This document shows, piece after piece, positions 38,843-49,175 of a stretch of DNA of 64,000 nt. Position 1 is the first letter of the stretch. Each line of letters begins with the position of its first letter. The position numbers and the translations under genes are program-made. The notes under the pieces were generated by a model. The model searched no databases, was not told the DNA's origin, and saw nothing but the letters and a program-made list of their open reading frames with translations. This DNA comes from Promethearchaeota archaeon (GTDB lineage Archaea > Asgardarchaeota > Lokiarchaeia > Sigyniarchaeales > SOKP01): NCBI GenBank assembly GCA_048940925.1, contig JBHLOC010000008.1:1-64000 (forward strand). Direction: 5' to 3'.

Positions 38843-39736
38843 ATGGTAACGTGGTGGGATATTGTCTCAAATGTGCTAATAGTAGCGATTATAGTAATTA
38901 TAATATTAATTATTTATCGAATTCTTATGAATATAATTCGACGTGGAACGAAAAAGCAAACAATACCCCTCGAAGCTATAAATGGGATTAAAATTATTGT
39001 GCGGTTAATCACTGTTTTTTTGATCATCATTGCGTTACTTACTTTTATTCCCGGAGCTGCTTCATATTTAATTTCTATATCTTCGATTACTGGTATCATT
39101 GTAGGTTTTGCCTCTACGCAGGTTGTAAGTCAATTTATTGCGGGAATTTACTTAATTTCTTCAAGACCCTTTAAAGTAAATGATTTGGTTAATATTAATG
39201 GTATTGATGGATTAATATTAGAAATTGGGCTTAATTTTACGACACTTCAAAAATTTAGTGGAACAATTGTGAAGATTCCAAATAAGACGATATTAGATAC
39301 GGAAGTTTTAAAATATACAGTTACCTTAACTGAGGATATCCTTAATAGTATAGGAAGTCCCATTGATAAGAAAAATCTGATCTTGGAAGCAAGTGAAAAA
39401 TACGTAAAGGAAGATAAAAAATCTAAGAAAAATTTGTCCAAGAAATTAAAGATAAGTGATTTAAAAAATATACTCAAGAATTATGAGATCATCAGATATA
39501 CTTTTGAGATTGCCGTTGATTTGGATCAAGTACCAGAAAGAACTGTGGAGGCAGTAGCCAAAGTATGTGATAGATATAAAAAAATTTATCGATATCGCCC
39601 ACAATTTATTTTAACGTACATTTATTGGCGTGTTCATTTTAGATTTAAAATTTATTGTGAGTCCCCATTTGTTGTAATTAAAAATCACTCCCACTTTATT
39701 AAAGATTTAATGATTGCTATTTATGGAGGTGAATAA
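38843..39736 (+). CDS. MscS-family mechanosensitive channel
   Basis: Three TM helices, RPFKVND and KIPN motifs. Confidence 0.8.
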   Translation: MVTWWDIVSNVLIVAIIVIIILIIYRILMNIIRRGTKKQTIPLEAINGIKIIVRLITVFLIIIALLTFIPGAASYLISISSITGIIVGFASTQVVSQFIAGIYLISSRPFKVNDLVNINGIDGLILEIGLNFTTLQKFSGTIVKIPNKTILDTEVLKYTVTLTEDILNSIGSPIDKKNLILEASEKYVKEDKKSKKNLSKKLKISDLKNILKNYEIIRYTFEIAVDLDQVPERTVEAVAKVCDRYKKIYRYRPQFILTYIYWRVHFRFKIYCESPFVVIKNHSHFIKDLMIAIYGGE

Positions 39737-39738
39737 AT

Positions 39739-40770
39739 TTGTTTTGGTCGATTTTCCAGGGAACAAACCCGATAGATGAATTTCTCGGTATTTTAGGATC
39801 CTTTAATATTGCTGGATGGTCAATTCCAATCATGGGACTAATTCTCCTTGTAGGAATTATTGTAGCTATTTACATTGTGTATAAATACATCTTTAGAAAG
39901 CTCAATAAACGAATTGTCTTGCAAGGTTCCACTCCTGACATTTATAATGGTCTAAAATTTGGTGTACGATTAATGATAGGCATTATAATCATTATTTTAA
40001 TCATGACTTTTCTTCAGATAGATTCAAGTTATATATTGATTGTATCTGGAATTGTTGTAAGTGCCATAGCTTTTGCGTCTATGAATGCAATAAATAACTT
40101 TATAGTGGGAATATGGCTTTTATTAGCGCGTCCATTCACAGTGGGTGATTACGTTAATATAAATGGTTCTGATGGAATTGTTGTTGAAATTTCACTCAAC
40201 TATACCAAAGTAAAACATATAGATGAAACAATTTCTCTCATTCCTAACATTAATTGTGTAAATACTAATATCATTAATCATACTATTTCTAAAAAATGGT
40301 TAGAGCAGTATATAAAACGTTTGCAACAAACAAGAGAAAAACTTCAATCGATATTAGAAGAAGAAAAAAAAGAGTTCAAAGTAATTAATGAAATAAGAGA
40401 AGAGTCGGAACAATTGCAAGAAACTTTAAAAATGATGGAAAATATGGAAGAAAGTTTCTTCCTTAGAGAGAAAGGGACTCAATTGGAGAAAATATCTCAT
40501 TCTAAATACGTGCAAAAAAATAAATTAGTACGTTATGTCTTAGAACTGAATTTAGATAAAAGAGTAAAACGTAACGAGGGTTTATTAGAAGAAATCTGCC
40601 AAAAATGGTCTGATAAGTTTTTAATTAAACCTTACTGGCAATTATATGGAGCAGATTTTTACGCTTATTATCGATTTATTCTCTTAACTCCTGATCCCCA
40701 ATTTCTTATTCGATATCTTGGAGAATTTATTAAGGATATATATAAAGCAATATATACTGAAGATAAATAA
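39739..40770 (+). CDS. MscS-family mechanosensitive channel paralog with coiled-coil insert
   Basis: RPFTVGD and LIPN motifs; RBS GGAGGTGA. Confidence 0.8.
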   Translation: MFWSIFQGTNPIDEFLGILGSFNIAGWSIPIMGLILLVGIIVAIYIVYKYIFRKLNKRIVLQGSTPDIYNGLKFGVRLMIGIIIIILIMTFLQIDSSYILIVSGIVVSAIAFASMNAINNFIVGIWLLLARPFTVGDYVNINGSDGIVVEISLNYTKVKHIDETISLIPNINCVNTNIINHTISKKWLEQYIKRLQQTREKLQSILEEEKKEFKVINEIREESEQLQETLKMMENMEESFFLREKGTQLEKISHSKYVQKNKLVRYVLELNLDKRVKRNEGLLEEICQKWSDKFLIKPYWQLYGADFYAYYRFILLTPDPQFLIRYLGEFIKDIYKAIYTEDK

Positions 40771-40944
40771 TTATTTTCTCTTTTCATCAATAGATTCAAC
40801 CTCATTTAATAATTGTAGCTCATCCATTGGGATATTTAAAAGTAGGTATTTACATTGCCGGAAGCGTAATTCTCCTGCATAAATAATAGCACGCTTACCT
40901 TCCAGTCTTAAAGATAAATATTTGTTAACTTGAAATTCTTGCAT
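40771..40944 (-). pseudogene. N-terminal remnant of a Lokiarchaeal LRR-associated protein family
   Basis: MQEFQVNKYLSLRLEG...FRQCKYLLLNIP...ESIDE, truncated at the convergent MscS stop. Confidence 0.5.
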
Positions 40945-41035
40945 AGAGACTATAGAAATAATAATCAATAGGTTATTTAAATTATAAGGCTCTAAGATTT
41001 AGTAGAAGTCGTAGTCTTTAGAGCAAAATAAAGTC

Positions 41036-42703
41036 TCATTCTCTCATTTCTTTTGGGAGCGTTAAAACTCCTGTAAGTGGATTGTTGAGAGGATCTTGGC
41101 AATATTGAATTGTAAAATAAATTAAATCGTATAAGATATTCGGATCTTCATTATTATCTAATTTATATTGATATAAACTTAACTGATATTCTGCCTCTGT
41201 TATTGGAGGTTCCGCATAAGAAACACTTCCAAAAACGGACTGTAATAAAGGCTTCATAAAGGGAGAATATAAAAATCCAAGTTCCTTCAACTCATCCTTT
41301 AAATAAAAGAACATCCGTTGCACAGCTTGGCTCATATATCTTATTGGCTGACTTTCAGGACCTAAATATTGTTCAGCGAATTCAGGATCATATTGAGCAA
41401 GCTTTTCGCGAGTGAGATCAGGAGTTGGTTTAAAAAGTGAGATTAAACCACGTTCAATTGCCCCTTGGCGATTGCTTGTTATAGTAGGTGAACCTGCATC
41501 AGGCACCCAAGTTCCTTGTTCAAGGAGCTTTTTTGCTTTATAACACATCGCTTGTATCAGCATTCCTATTCCTATTCTTCTACAAATAGAAATCTGAGCG
41601 TCACTAATCCTTATTTCAATGGTACCCCAATCTGTGAAAGGAAAGACATCTTGAAATCGACCATCTTCTAAGCTAGCCTTTTGTATAACTTGTAGAAAAT
41701 AGTTTTGTGTATTTTCATCAGAAGAGGTTATATATGGAATGTAGTGGTTAGGGTCATTATTACTTAACATTGTAGTGTTGTTCTTTAATCTTAAAGACCT
41801 TACACAGTTAGGTGCAGTTATCCTATTATTGATTATTTTTACTACATCGGTCGGTTTATTATTCAAGATTGGGGAATTACATGTAAGGGCAATAAGATGT
41901 GGTATGAAATTTCTTATCATACAATATGCTTGGACTTTTTCTAAATCTGAGCTAAAGGAGCCTATGTGCGAATGGTCTGCTTGGGACACTCCACGCATGT
42001 ACTCTTTCGTTGCAGGATTGATTGCGGAAGCGATAATATGTAAATCCTTTGGTAATGTTGCTTTCGCTAATAAAAATAAAGTTGATGCCCAATAAGCTAA
42101 TTCTTCAACATATTCGCATGGAGGAGTAACCAATTCTAAAATGTAAGTGATTGCTGTTACATTTCCATCTCTTGCAAAGGCATCTATATCGACGTGAGAA
42201 CCATTAGGGAGACTATACCTGAGATCCATGGCATATCCTTTTTCAATATCATCCTTTCCATAGGGTCTTGCTAGCACTTTTTGATGAATGTATTGAGGAA
42301 CTGGCAAAAAATCAGATCTTCCATTATATAGGACTTCATCCATAATTTTTATTGCATCTTTTACAATCTCTTTCATTCTAAAGACCATTTCATCCCCTGG
42401 AGGATATTCTCCACTGTCATCAGCAATAATTAATTCCATTTCTATACCATGAGTATATGGTAAAGGAGTCCAATGTTCAACATCTGCTAACATTTCTGCC
42501 CAAGGGCGTTCAAGGATATGTACTTCTTTATAATCCGTTCCTAAGAACATTTTATCAGCAGATCTATCAACACTTCCTCCTATTGTGTATCCTGTAGATG
42601 CAACTGCTTTTCCTTTTTTAGTGATTAGTTGAGAAAAAGTATCTGATCCTTGTTTTCCCTTTTTTTTTTTCTTTTTCTCCTTCTTTTTTTTATCTTTTGC
42701 CAT
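41036..42703 (-). CDS. Glutamate--cysteine ligase family 2 (GCS2)-like protein with poly-Lys N-terminus
   Basis: GIEMEL, LELVTP, HSHIG, LIALTCNSP and GTIEIRISD motifs. Confidence 0.75.
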   Translation of the reverse strand: MAKDKKKKEKKKKKKGKQGSDTFSQLITKKGKAVASTGYTIGGSVDRSADKMFLGTDYKEVHILERPWAEMLADVEHWTPLPYTHGIEMELIIADDSGEYPPGDEMVFRMKEIVKDAIKIMDEVLYNGRSDFLPVPQYIHQKVLARPYGKDDIEKGYAMDLRYSLPNGSHVDIDAFARDGNVTAITYILELVTPPCEYVEELAYWASTLFLLAKATLPKDLHIIASAINPATKEYMRGVSQADHSHIGSFSSDLEKVQAYCMIRNFIPHLIALTCNSPILNNKPTDVVKIINNRITAPNCVRSLRLKNNTTMLSNNDPNHYIPYITSSDENTQNYFLQVIQKASLEDGRFQDVFPFTDWGTIEIRISDAQISICRRIGIGMLIQAMCYKAKKLLEQGTWVPDAGSPTITSNRQGAIERGLISLFKPTPDLTREKLAQYDPEFAEQYLGPESQPIRYMSQAVQRMFFYLKDELKELGFLYSPFMKPLLQSVFGSVSYAEPPITEAEYQLSLYQYKLDNNEDPNILYDLIYFTIQYCQDPLNNPLTGVLTLPKEMRE

Positions 42704-42784
42704 GAACCTTTACCTTATGTTTTTAACAATTATAATTTACATAACAAATTTTTATTATATATTTTTGGTTAATACTCCTCTTCT

Positions 42785-44635
42785 TTAAAGCAATGATTCA
42801 ATAAACGTCTTGAAAATATTATAATCATTAATAAATTCGTAGGATAAAAGCAAGTTAATAATCTTACATTGATGAGAGGGAAAAATTTGTGTTAAAGTAT
42901 CATAAATTTTTCCTCCTTTGAACATTGAATCATCAATTATGAGATTAACTATATCTCCCATCCTTTTTATCTTAGAATTTAAAATTTGTATTAACTCTGG
43001 TTCAGATGAGATAATTACTGTAGGTTTCCCTAAATATGGGATAAAATCTAAATTAAAGATATATAAAGGACTTGGTATGTTGGTAAAATTTCTAAAAAAT
43101 TGAATTAGGGTATTTTTCAATACTGCTGATTCATTCTCATTATAATTCTCTTTTGAGGGATAAATATAATACGCTATGGATTTTTTTGAATTAAGTTTTA
43201 AATCACTATACACACGATCGATTAAAGGAAAAATACTGAAATTAAAACTAAATAAAGATAATATTGCTATATTAAAATCGAAGTCACCTGAGAGGAGATT
43301 ATTACTTATATTACCTCCAGTAAGACTAAAATTCTTAATACTGTTATTAATATTCGATGTATATGTATTAAGTAAATAATATTGAGAAAATATTACCTCA
43401 GATTCAACTTTTGTTCTCACTTCATCTACAAGTACATAAATAACATCAAATAAATCTTTAGTTATGCCTTCTTTGAATTCTTGATTACTTATTCCTTCAA
43501 TTATAAGATCTGCCTCTTTTGGATTTAATATTTCTGCCAGAATACGAAGTGCATTTTCAAAGAAATCTGTTACAAGCTTTCGGGTCTTTTTTTCCCTTAA
43601 GCTGGATTCAAGTGACACTAAAAGTGTCTCAATTATCTTTTTTATAATTTTAATTAATTCTGCTTGATTATTTTTTTTGTGTAATTTTCTAGCAATGTTA
43701 AACAATAGTTTAACTTTTAAGAGTTGGTCTTTTATATACTCTGTTAACTTTATTGCTAAAATTGGATCTAATTCTGTTGTTTTTCCGATTATAGTAATTA
43801 GAACGCTTTCTTGTACAGATTCATCTCCAATGAGAAATGCTATTCTTATAGCTTGTTCTGGATTTGAAGAAACTTGATCTAAAGCCAAAAGTCTATATAT
43901 TCTTTGTTGAGTATTAAGATCATTTAAATTATTAACGAGTTGCAATATTTCATTTAAATTTTTTAGCGCATAAGTCCTTACTAAATTATAATAGAAGCTT
44001 ATTTGATCACTTGGATCTGATAATTGAAGAGCTAATTCTAATGCCCTGTGGGGATTCTGAACGGCTATATATCCTTTAGCTAATTTTTTTATATGTGAAT
44101 CTATATCCTTTATTGTTATTTTAGATGTGGAATCGAGATTGGATGATTTGTAGCTTTCTTGCATAACCCTTAATTCATTTTCTGCTTGCTCTATGTCTTT
44201 AAATGACATTGAAATAGTAAAATCCTCTGGATTTAACACATCTATAGTCTCTGGGATTTTGATACTCTTTTTGTCTAAAATTTTATTGCTTTTACTTTTA
44301 GGGACTGTTTCTCTTACTTTTTGGACTTTCACCGTATATTCTACGATTTTGAGCCAAAATACATTTATAATTAATTTCCCAAAACCATCTGCAGTTGGGT
44401 TCAATCTTAAATCTATATTTTTGGTTTCACCAGGTGTGAAGTCAATTGCATTTGTTAAATTTTCTGATGTCACAGAAATAGTTAAATTTTCTCCTTCAAA
44501 TGCGAAATGAAACTTTTCATTCTTGTTTGAATTATTTATTACTTGAAGTGAAACATCATTATTACCCTCTGGAATCATTAGATTCTGTGGAAATTTCGTA
44601 ATATTTAAAGAGATGATTTTAGTTTGATTTGACAT
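42785..44635 (-). CDS. Hypothetical protein with Ig-like N-terminus and helical repeats
   Basis: 616-aa ORF. Confidence 0.7.
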   Translation of the reverse strand: MSNQTKIISLNITKFPQNLMIPEGNNDVSLQVINNSNKNEKFHFAFEGENLTISVTSENLTNAIDFTPGETKNIDLRLNPTADGFGKLIINVFWLKIVEYTVKVQKVRETVPKSKSNKILDKKSIKIPETIDVLNPEDFTISMSFKDIEQAENELRVMQESYKSSNLDSTSKITIKDIDSHIKKLAKGYIAVQNPHRALELALQLSDPSDQISFYYNLVRTYALKNLNEILQLVNNLNDLNTQQRIYRLLALDQVSSNPEQAIRIAFLIGDESVQESVLITIIGKTTELDPILAIKLTEYIKDQLLKVKLLFNIARKLHKKNNQAELIKIIKKIIETLLVSLESSLREKKTRKLVTDFFENALRILAEILNPKEADLIIEGISNQEFKEGITKDLFDVIYVLVDEVRTKVESEVIFSQYYLLNTYTSNINNSIKNFSLTGGNISNNLLSGDFDFNIAILSLFSFNFSIFPLIDRVYSDLKLNSKKSIAYYIYPSKENYNENESAVLKNTLIQFFRNFTNIPSPLYIFNLDFIPYLGKPTVIISSEPELIQILNSKIKRMGDIVNLIIDDSMFKGGKIYDTLTQIFPSHQCKIINLLLSYEFINDYNIFKTFIESLL

Positions 44636-44748
44636 AATATATTCTATTTAGTTATCTGTAATTTAATAATGATTGAAATATCTCATAACTTTTTAGGTTT
44701 AAGAATTATACACATAATACTCTTTTTACAAAAAAAGCCTATAGCAGT

Positions 44749-45480
44749 TTATTCTCCCATTCGCCTATTTCTTTGAGAGTAATCCAGTAAATCCTCGATA
44801 ACCATTTCAGTATTATAATCGGGCCACAAGTCCTTCCTAAATTTAAATTCTGCATAAGAAGAATCCCATAATAAAAATCCCGATATTCTTGCTCCATCTT
44901 CCATGCCTGTTCTAATGACATAATCTAAGGGGGGAAAATTATTTGTGTATAAATATTTCTTAATAAGTTCAGTATTGATATCCTCAGATTTAATTCCATC
45001 ATTTATTATTCCTTTCACAGCATCAACGATTTCTTCATGGCCATCATACATTATACAAAGGTTGATAAAATTTTGATCGTGATTTTTTGTAAAGTCAATT
45101 AATTCTTCAAGCTTATTTCTAGCTTCATCAGGTAACATATGAATTCGACCTATAGTGTTAAATCTCACTTTTTCTTCTTTCACAATCGACTCATTGATTA
45201 CAGTATCAACAGCTTTTATCATTATTTTATATATATATCCTAATTCTTCGGATGTTCGTTTTTTAACGTTTTCGAGTGATAATACATATAAACTTAAATA
45301 ATGAATTCCTGCCTCAAAGAAATCAAATAATCTTTTTTTAAGATTTTCATAGCCTACCAAATGACCAAAATTAACATCAAGTTTTCTCTTTTTCGCCCAT
45401 CTTCTGTTGCCATCTATAATTAAGCCCACATGTTTAGGTTTTCTGTCTAATACCTTTAGCTCGTCTAGAGTTGTTTGCAT
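44749..45480 (-). CDS. uppS: cis-prenyltransferase (undecaprenyl/polyprenyl diphosphate synthase)
   Basis: PKHVGLIIDGNRRWA, IRTG, RISGFLLW and LWPD motifs. Confidence 0.92.
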   Translation of the reverse strand: MQTTLDELKVLDRKPKHVGLIIDGNRRWAKKRKLDVNFGHLVGYENLKKRLFDFFEAGIHYLSLYVLSLENVKKRTSEELGYIYKIMIKAVDTVINESIVKEEKVRFNTIGRIHMLPDEARNKLEELIDFTKNHDQNFINLCIMYDGHEEIVDAVKGIINDGIKSEDINTELIKKYLYTNNFPPLDYVIRTGMEDGARISGFLLWDSSYAEFKFRKDLWPDYNTEMVIEDLLDYSQRNRRMGE

Positions 45481-46130
45481 TAATCTAAATAAAATGTTTT
45501 TTTTATTTCAATATTAATATTAGTATTAAAAGTATTAAATATATCGAAAATATAAAATTGAGATAGATTGTAGTAGACTCTTCTTATCAATTGTCTTGTT
45601 TTCGTAAAAAGGTCATAAATAATATTCAGAATCACAAGTAATTGAAAGTGAAAAAAGAATTTTTAATGCATCACTTAATTATGAGGATGTCTGTTGGTTG
45701 ATATATCTCGAAGAAATAAATGCATATCCCTGAAGTCTTATTTAAAAAAGAAAATATCAAAAAGTGAAAATTATATGCTATTAATTAGTTAGCTTTATAC
45801 TTGAATTTTAGAATATTATCCACTACAAAGTCAAATTCCTTATTTAAGATTGTTATATAAAGTTTTTTTGGGGGGTTTAAATTAATTATAGACATATATA
45901 TAATATACTAAAATTTAGACTAGGCTACATTACAAAAATTTAAGTTCTCAAAATTATATATAATTAATGGAGATATTAAAACTAGATATTTGAACTAAAT
46001 AGACCAATATTGAATGTTATCTGGGTTTAGAGCGATAAAAAATGAACTCTGATTGGATATTTGAAATAGAAATAATTAATTTAAATCAAATGGTTTAAAA
46101 AAAAAAAATTGTGACTTTTCAAAAAATAAG

Positions 46131-46526
46131 GTGAGCTTTATGATAGAAGTATTAAATAGACATAAGAAGAGAATAGGATTTATTGAAGAAAACAAATTCT
46201 TCAATGAGAAAAAAAAATTACTTGGATCAATAGAGAAGGGAATTGTAAAGAACGAAAAGGGTCGAGTTCTTATAAGAATTGATAAACATGATGGTATTTT
46301 TTTTGAAAATGAACAAGTAGGATTTATTCTTGAATCTACAATTTATTACAGAGAAAAACCTATCTACGAGTTTTCAAAAGAAAAAGGAGAAATTCATACT
46401 TCTGATGGGAATAAATCTTTAATTTTAAAAGGTGAGATAGAAAATCTTGAAGATGGGGATTTTTTCGGAATTGCTTCAGTCTATCTTGAATCTCAATGGT
46501 GGGAAAGAGTTACTGGAAAAAAATAA
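46131..46526 (+). CDS. Small beta-rich hypothetical protein
   Basis: 131-aa ORF; real start likely ATG 46140 after AAGGTGAG. Confidence 0.6.
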   Translation: MSFMIEVLNRHKKRIGFIEENKFFNEKKKLLGSIEKGIVKNEKGRVLIRIDKHDGIFFENEQVGFILESTIYYREKPIYEFSKEKGEIHTSDGNKSLILKGEIENLEDGDFFGIASVYLESQWWERVTGKK

Positions 46527-47081
46527 ATTAAACTCAAGAATATTTTTAAAAATATCAAATACAAATTTTTAACCTTCTCTAAAATTTTTCACTATTAATA
46601 GAGATTAACCTGTAATATATTTAAATTAAATGCCTCTTCTGTCTTCCATAATTATTGCCTTTAAAAACCAGAAATTTCAAAATTATCATAATCTCCAAGT
46701 ATTTAAGGCAAGCGTTTGGATGATAAAAGTGCTACAATATCCTTAATTGTAAGATTAGTTAGTTATTTTATTCTAGCATAAAATTATTAATCCTATTTCA
46801 CAAAATAGGTCTATGAATGCCTTTATGGGTATTGGAGTTGAATTGAATATATTGAGTAACGTTATATCCTTCTGGTGAAATGGTTACTGTCATGATGTTC
46901 TCCTTGTGTATGCCTATTACTTTAAACGGATACTTATAAAAATTAAAGAGGTTGTGGATTTTCTTCTTCTCCTTTTTTTTTATAAAATTATCTAATACTT
47001 TTTTTGACTCTTTAATAAAAATATAAATAGAAATAAAACACATCATTAATATATCCAGAATTCTATAAAAAAAAGAATTGG

Positions 47082-47837
47082 GTGAAATTAATTAGAGAAT
47101 ATAAAAATTATATTTGGATCATTGTTCTAATTGGCGGAGTTCTTACACTTGTGTCATTCTTTACCCCCGCATTCTATTATGATCGATATCCATTAGAAGA
47201 ACATTATTGGATGTGGGGATTATATTATAGTAAAAGTGTAGAGTATGGTTCTGATACATTATTCATTCCTATGGAAGAGCCCACACAATATACTATACCA
47301 ATATTTCTATCGGGTATAATTCCTGCTATGATGATATTAATTGGCGCACTAATACTTATTGCGATAGCAAATAGCGTCAGGATTGGAAGAAAAGATATAA
47401 AAAATGTTGAAAATAAGGTAATTGGTGGAGGATTATATCTAATCACAGCCTCAGTAATTTATTTAATTGGTATACAAGTTACAATGGGTAATTACATTGA
47501 ATATCTTTGGAAGATGCTAACTGATGAATATGACTATTACGATATTGTTATACCTGACTTATGGGATATCTATGAACCAGGGTTTGCAATTATTGGTCCA
47601 TTTATTGGAGCGGGTCTAGCGATTACGGCAGGGGTTGCTAGTAAAGTCACTCAACCACCAAAAGAAGTAATTAAAATTCAAGAAAGGCAAGATTTCATAG
47701 AAAAACAACCAACAACATCAATTTCACAACCAGAACCGATTTCCAACGAAATTTTATTTTGTCCAGAATGCGGGAAAAAAAGAATATATAAAGAAAGTAA
47801 ATTCTGTTCTCACTGCGGATTTGAATTTAAATCCTAA
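47082..47837 (+). CDS. Four-TM membrane protein with C-terminal double zinc ribbon
   Basis: TM helices; FCPECG...FCSHCG. Confidence 0.75.
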   Translation: MKLIREYKNYIWIIVLIGGVLTLVSFFTPAFYYDRYPLEEHYWMWGLYYSKSVEYGSDTLFIPMEEPTQYTIPIFLSGIIPAMMILIGALILIAIANSVRIGRKDIKNVENKVIGGGLYLITASVIYLIGIQVTMGNYIEYLWKMLTDEYDYYDIVIPDLWDIYEPGFAIIGPFIGAGLAITAGVASKVTQPPKEVIKIQERQDFIEKQPTTSISQPEPISNEILFCPECGKKRIYKESKFCSHCGFEFKS

Positions 47838-48114
47838 TAGAAAAAATCATTATTAATTTTACTTTTATTATTCTTCTCTCCTCCTAAAATGTGAAAGTTT
47901 GCTAAATAAAGTTCAAATGAAAGAATTAATCACAGAACTGTATATGATTATAGTAGGGGATATGCAGTATAGTTCGATGAGTTACTATTGCAATCCGAAA
48001 TTTAGGGAACTTAATCGTCTTATAATCTTAATTTTTAAGAAAAAAAAAATAAGTTTTTTAGAATATATATAATTCACTCTTGAGCTTTGAAAAAGAAAAA
48101 AAGTCCATTTAATA

Positions 48115-48429
48115 TTAACCTTTTATTTGTTTTTTCAAGTTTACCACAATTGGGAGTACCTTAACTACCTCGATAGCAGGAGTCGTTTTAATAAATTTAA
48201 TAAATCCAGGTTTAGCAATTCTCCACATATTAGCACTCTTTACCATAGCTTCTTCACTTTCGGCTTCATCTATCTCAATACCCCAATAATCCGTAGTACT
48301 AATATAATATGCTAGTTGTTTAACTCCTTCAGCTGGATAGAGTTTCTTACTAATAAGCTCTTGTGCTATCTCAGCCATTTCTCCTGGATCAAAATCAGGA
48401 TTTAACTCCCAGTATGAAATAAATATCAT
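48115..48429 (-). CDS. Small hypothetical protein (DUF3303-like)
   Basis: RBS AAGGTGG; MIFISYWE...WGIEIDEAESEE...TTPA. Confidence 0.7.
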   Translation of the reverse strand: MIFISYWELNPDFDPGEMAEIAQELISKKLYPAEGVKQLAYYISTTDYWGIEIDEAESEEAMVKSANMWRIAKPGFIKFIKTTPAIEVVKVLPIVVNLKKQIKG

Positions 48430-48926
48430 TTTTATTTACCACCTTAATATAATTTGATTTTTTAATTTGTTTTATTATTAGATTTCAGTGTAAAATACAA
48501 AGTGAAAAGTAGATATTTAAATTTATTCTAAAGTTAGGATCATAGACAAGAGATAATTTTCTATTATTTTACGATTTTATCAAAAATCGGTTTTTAAGTG
48601 TCCAAATAATAATCATACTCAATGCTATTAATTAATTTAGAAGAATCATGATGTAATAACCATTTATGGCGGGTGTCTCTATAGGTGCTACACCTTCAGT
48701 CTAAATTAATTTTACTTATATATACCACGACTTATTAGCAGGTCTACTACAGATATTTGTTTATCATTAAGTTTTCTTAATTCCGATATAAGATTGTTAT
48801 TGTGATATAATTAAAAAAAAAAAATTTAGATGCTCAATAGCTATTTTGTGATTATTGTTATCTATTAGATAGTTATATTCAAATGAATCTTCTAATGATG
48901 AAGTCATTTCTGGAATAAAAATTCTC

Positions 48927-48971
48927 TATTATTCATAGAATTTTATCGTATTATTTCATCTCATACTCTTA
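48927..48971 (+). repeat. 45-bp direct repeat, left copy
   Basis: TATTATTCATAGAATTTTATCGTATTATTTCATCTCATACTCTTA; 40/45 identical to 51062..51106. Confidence 0.85.
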
Positions 48972-49175
48972 TTGTTCTATTGATACGTTTTGTAAATTCT
49001 TAGGAACGCTTAAGAGTGTAATTTGAGTTATTTTGTTTTCAAAAAGATTTAATTCTCTTAAATTAAGTAAGTAAATAATCCATTAATTGTAATTATATTT
49101 AATAGAGTAATTGACTTAATATATTAATTATATCTTGAAATTTCTTGTCCCAAAATTCTCAAATCTTTTATAAGT

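Noticed and set aside
45560-47046. Protein-like fragments (ESEKRIFNASLNYEDVCWLI at ~45640-45730; stop-riddled - strand frame at ~46620-46960; ORF 46798..47046)
   Set aside because: Multiple mixed stop codons and no starts; ordinary decayed remnants with no assignable function
48670-48695. GC-richer hairpin GGTGT...ACACC as a tRNA or ncRNA
   Set aside because: Too short, with no cloverleaf or T-loop motif
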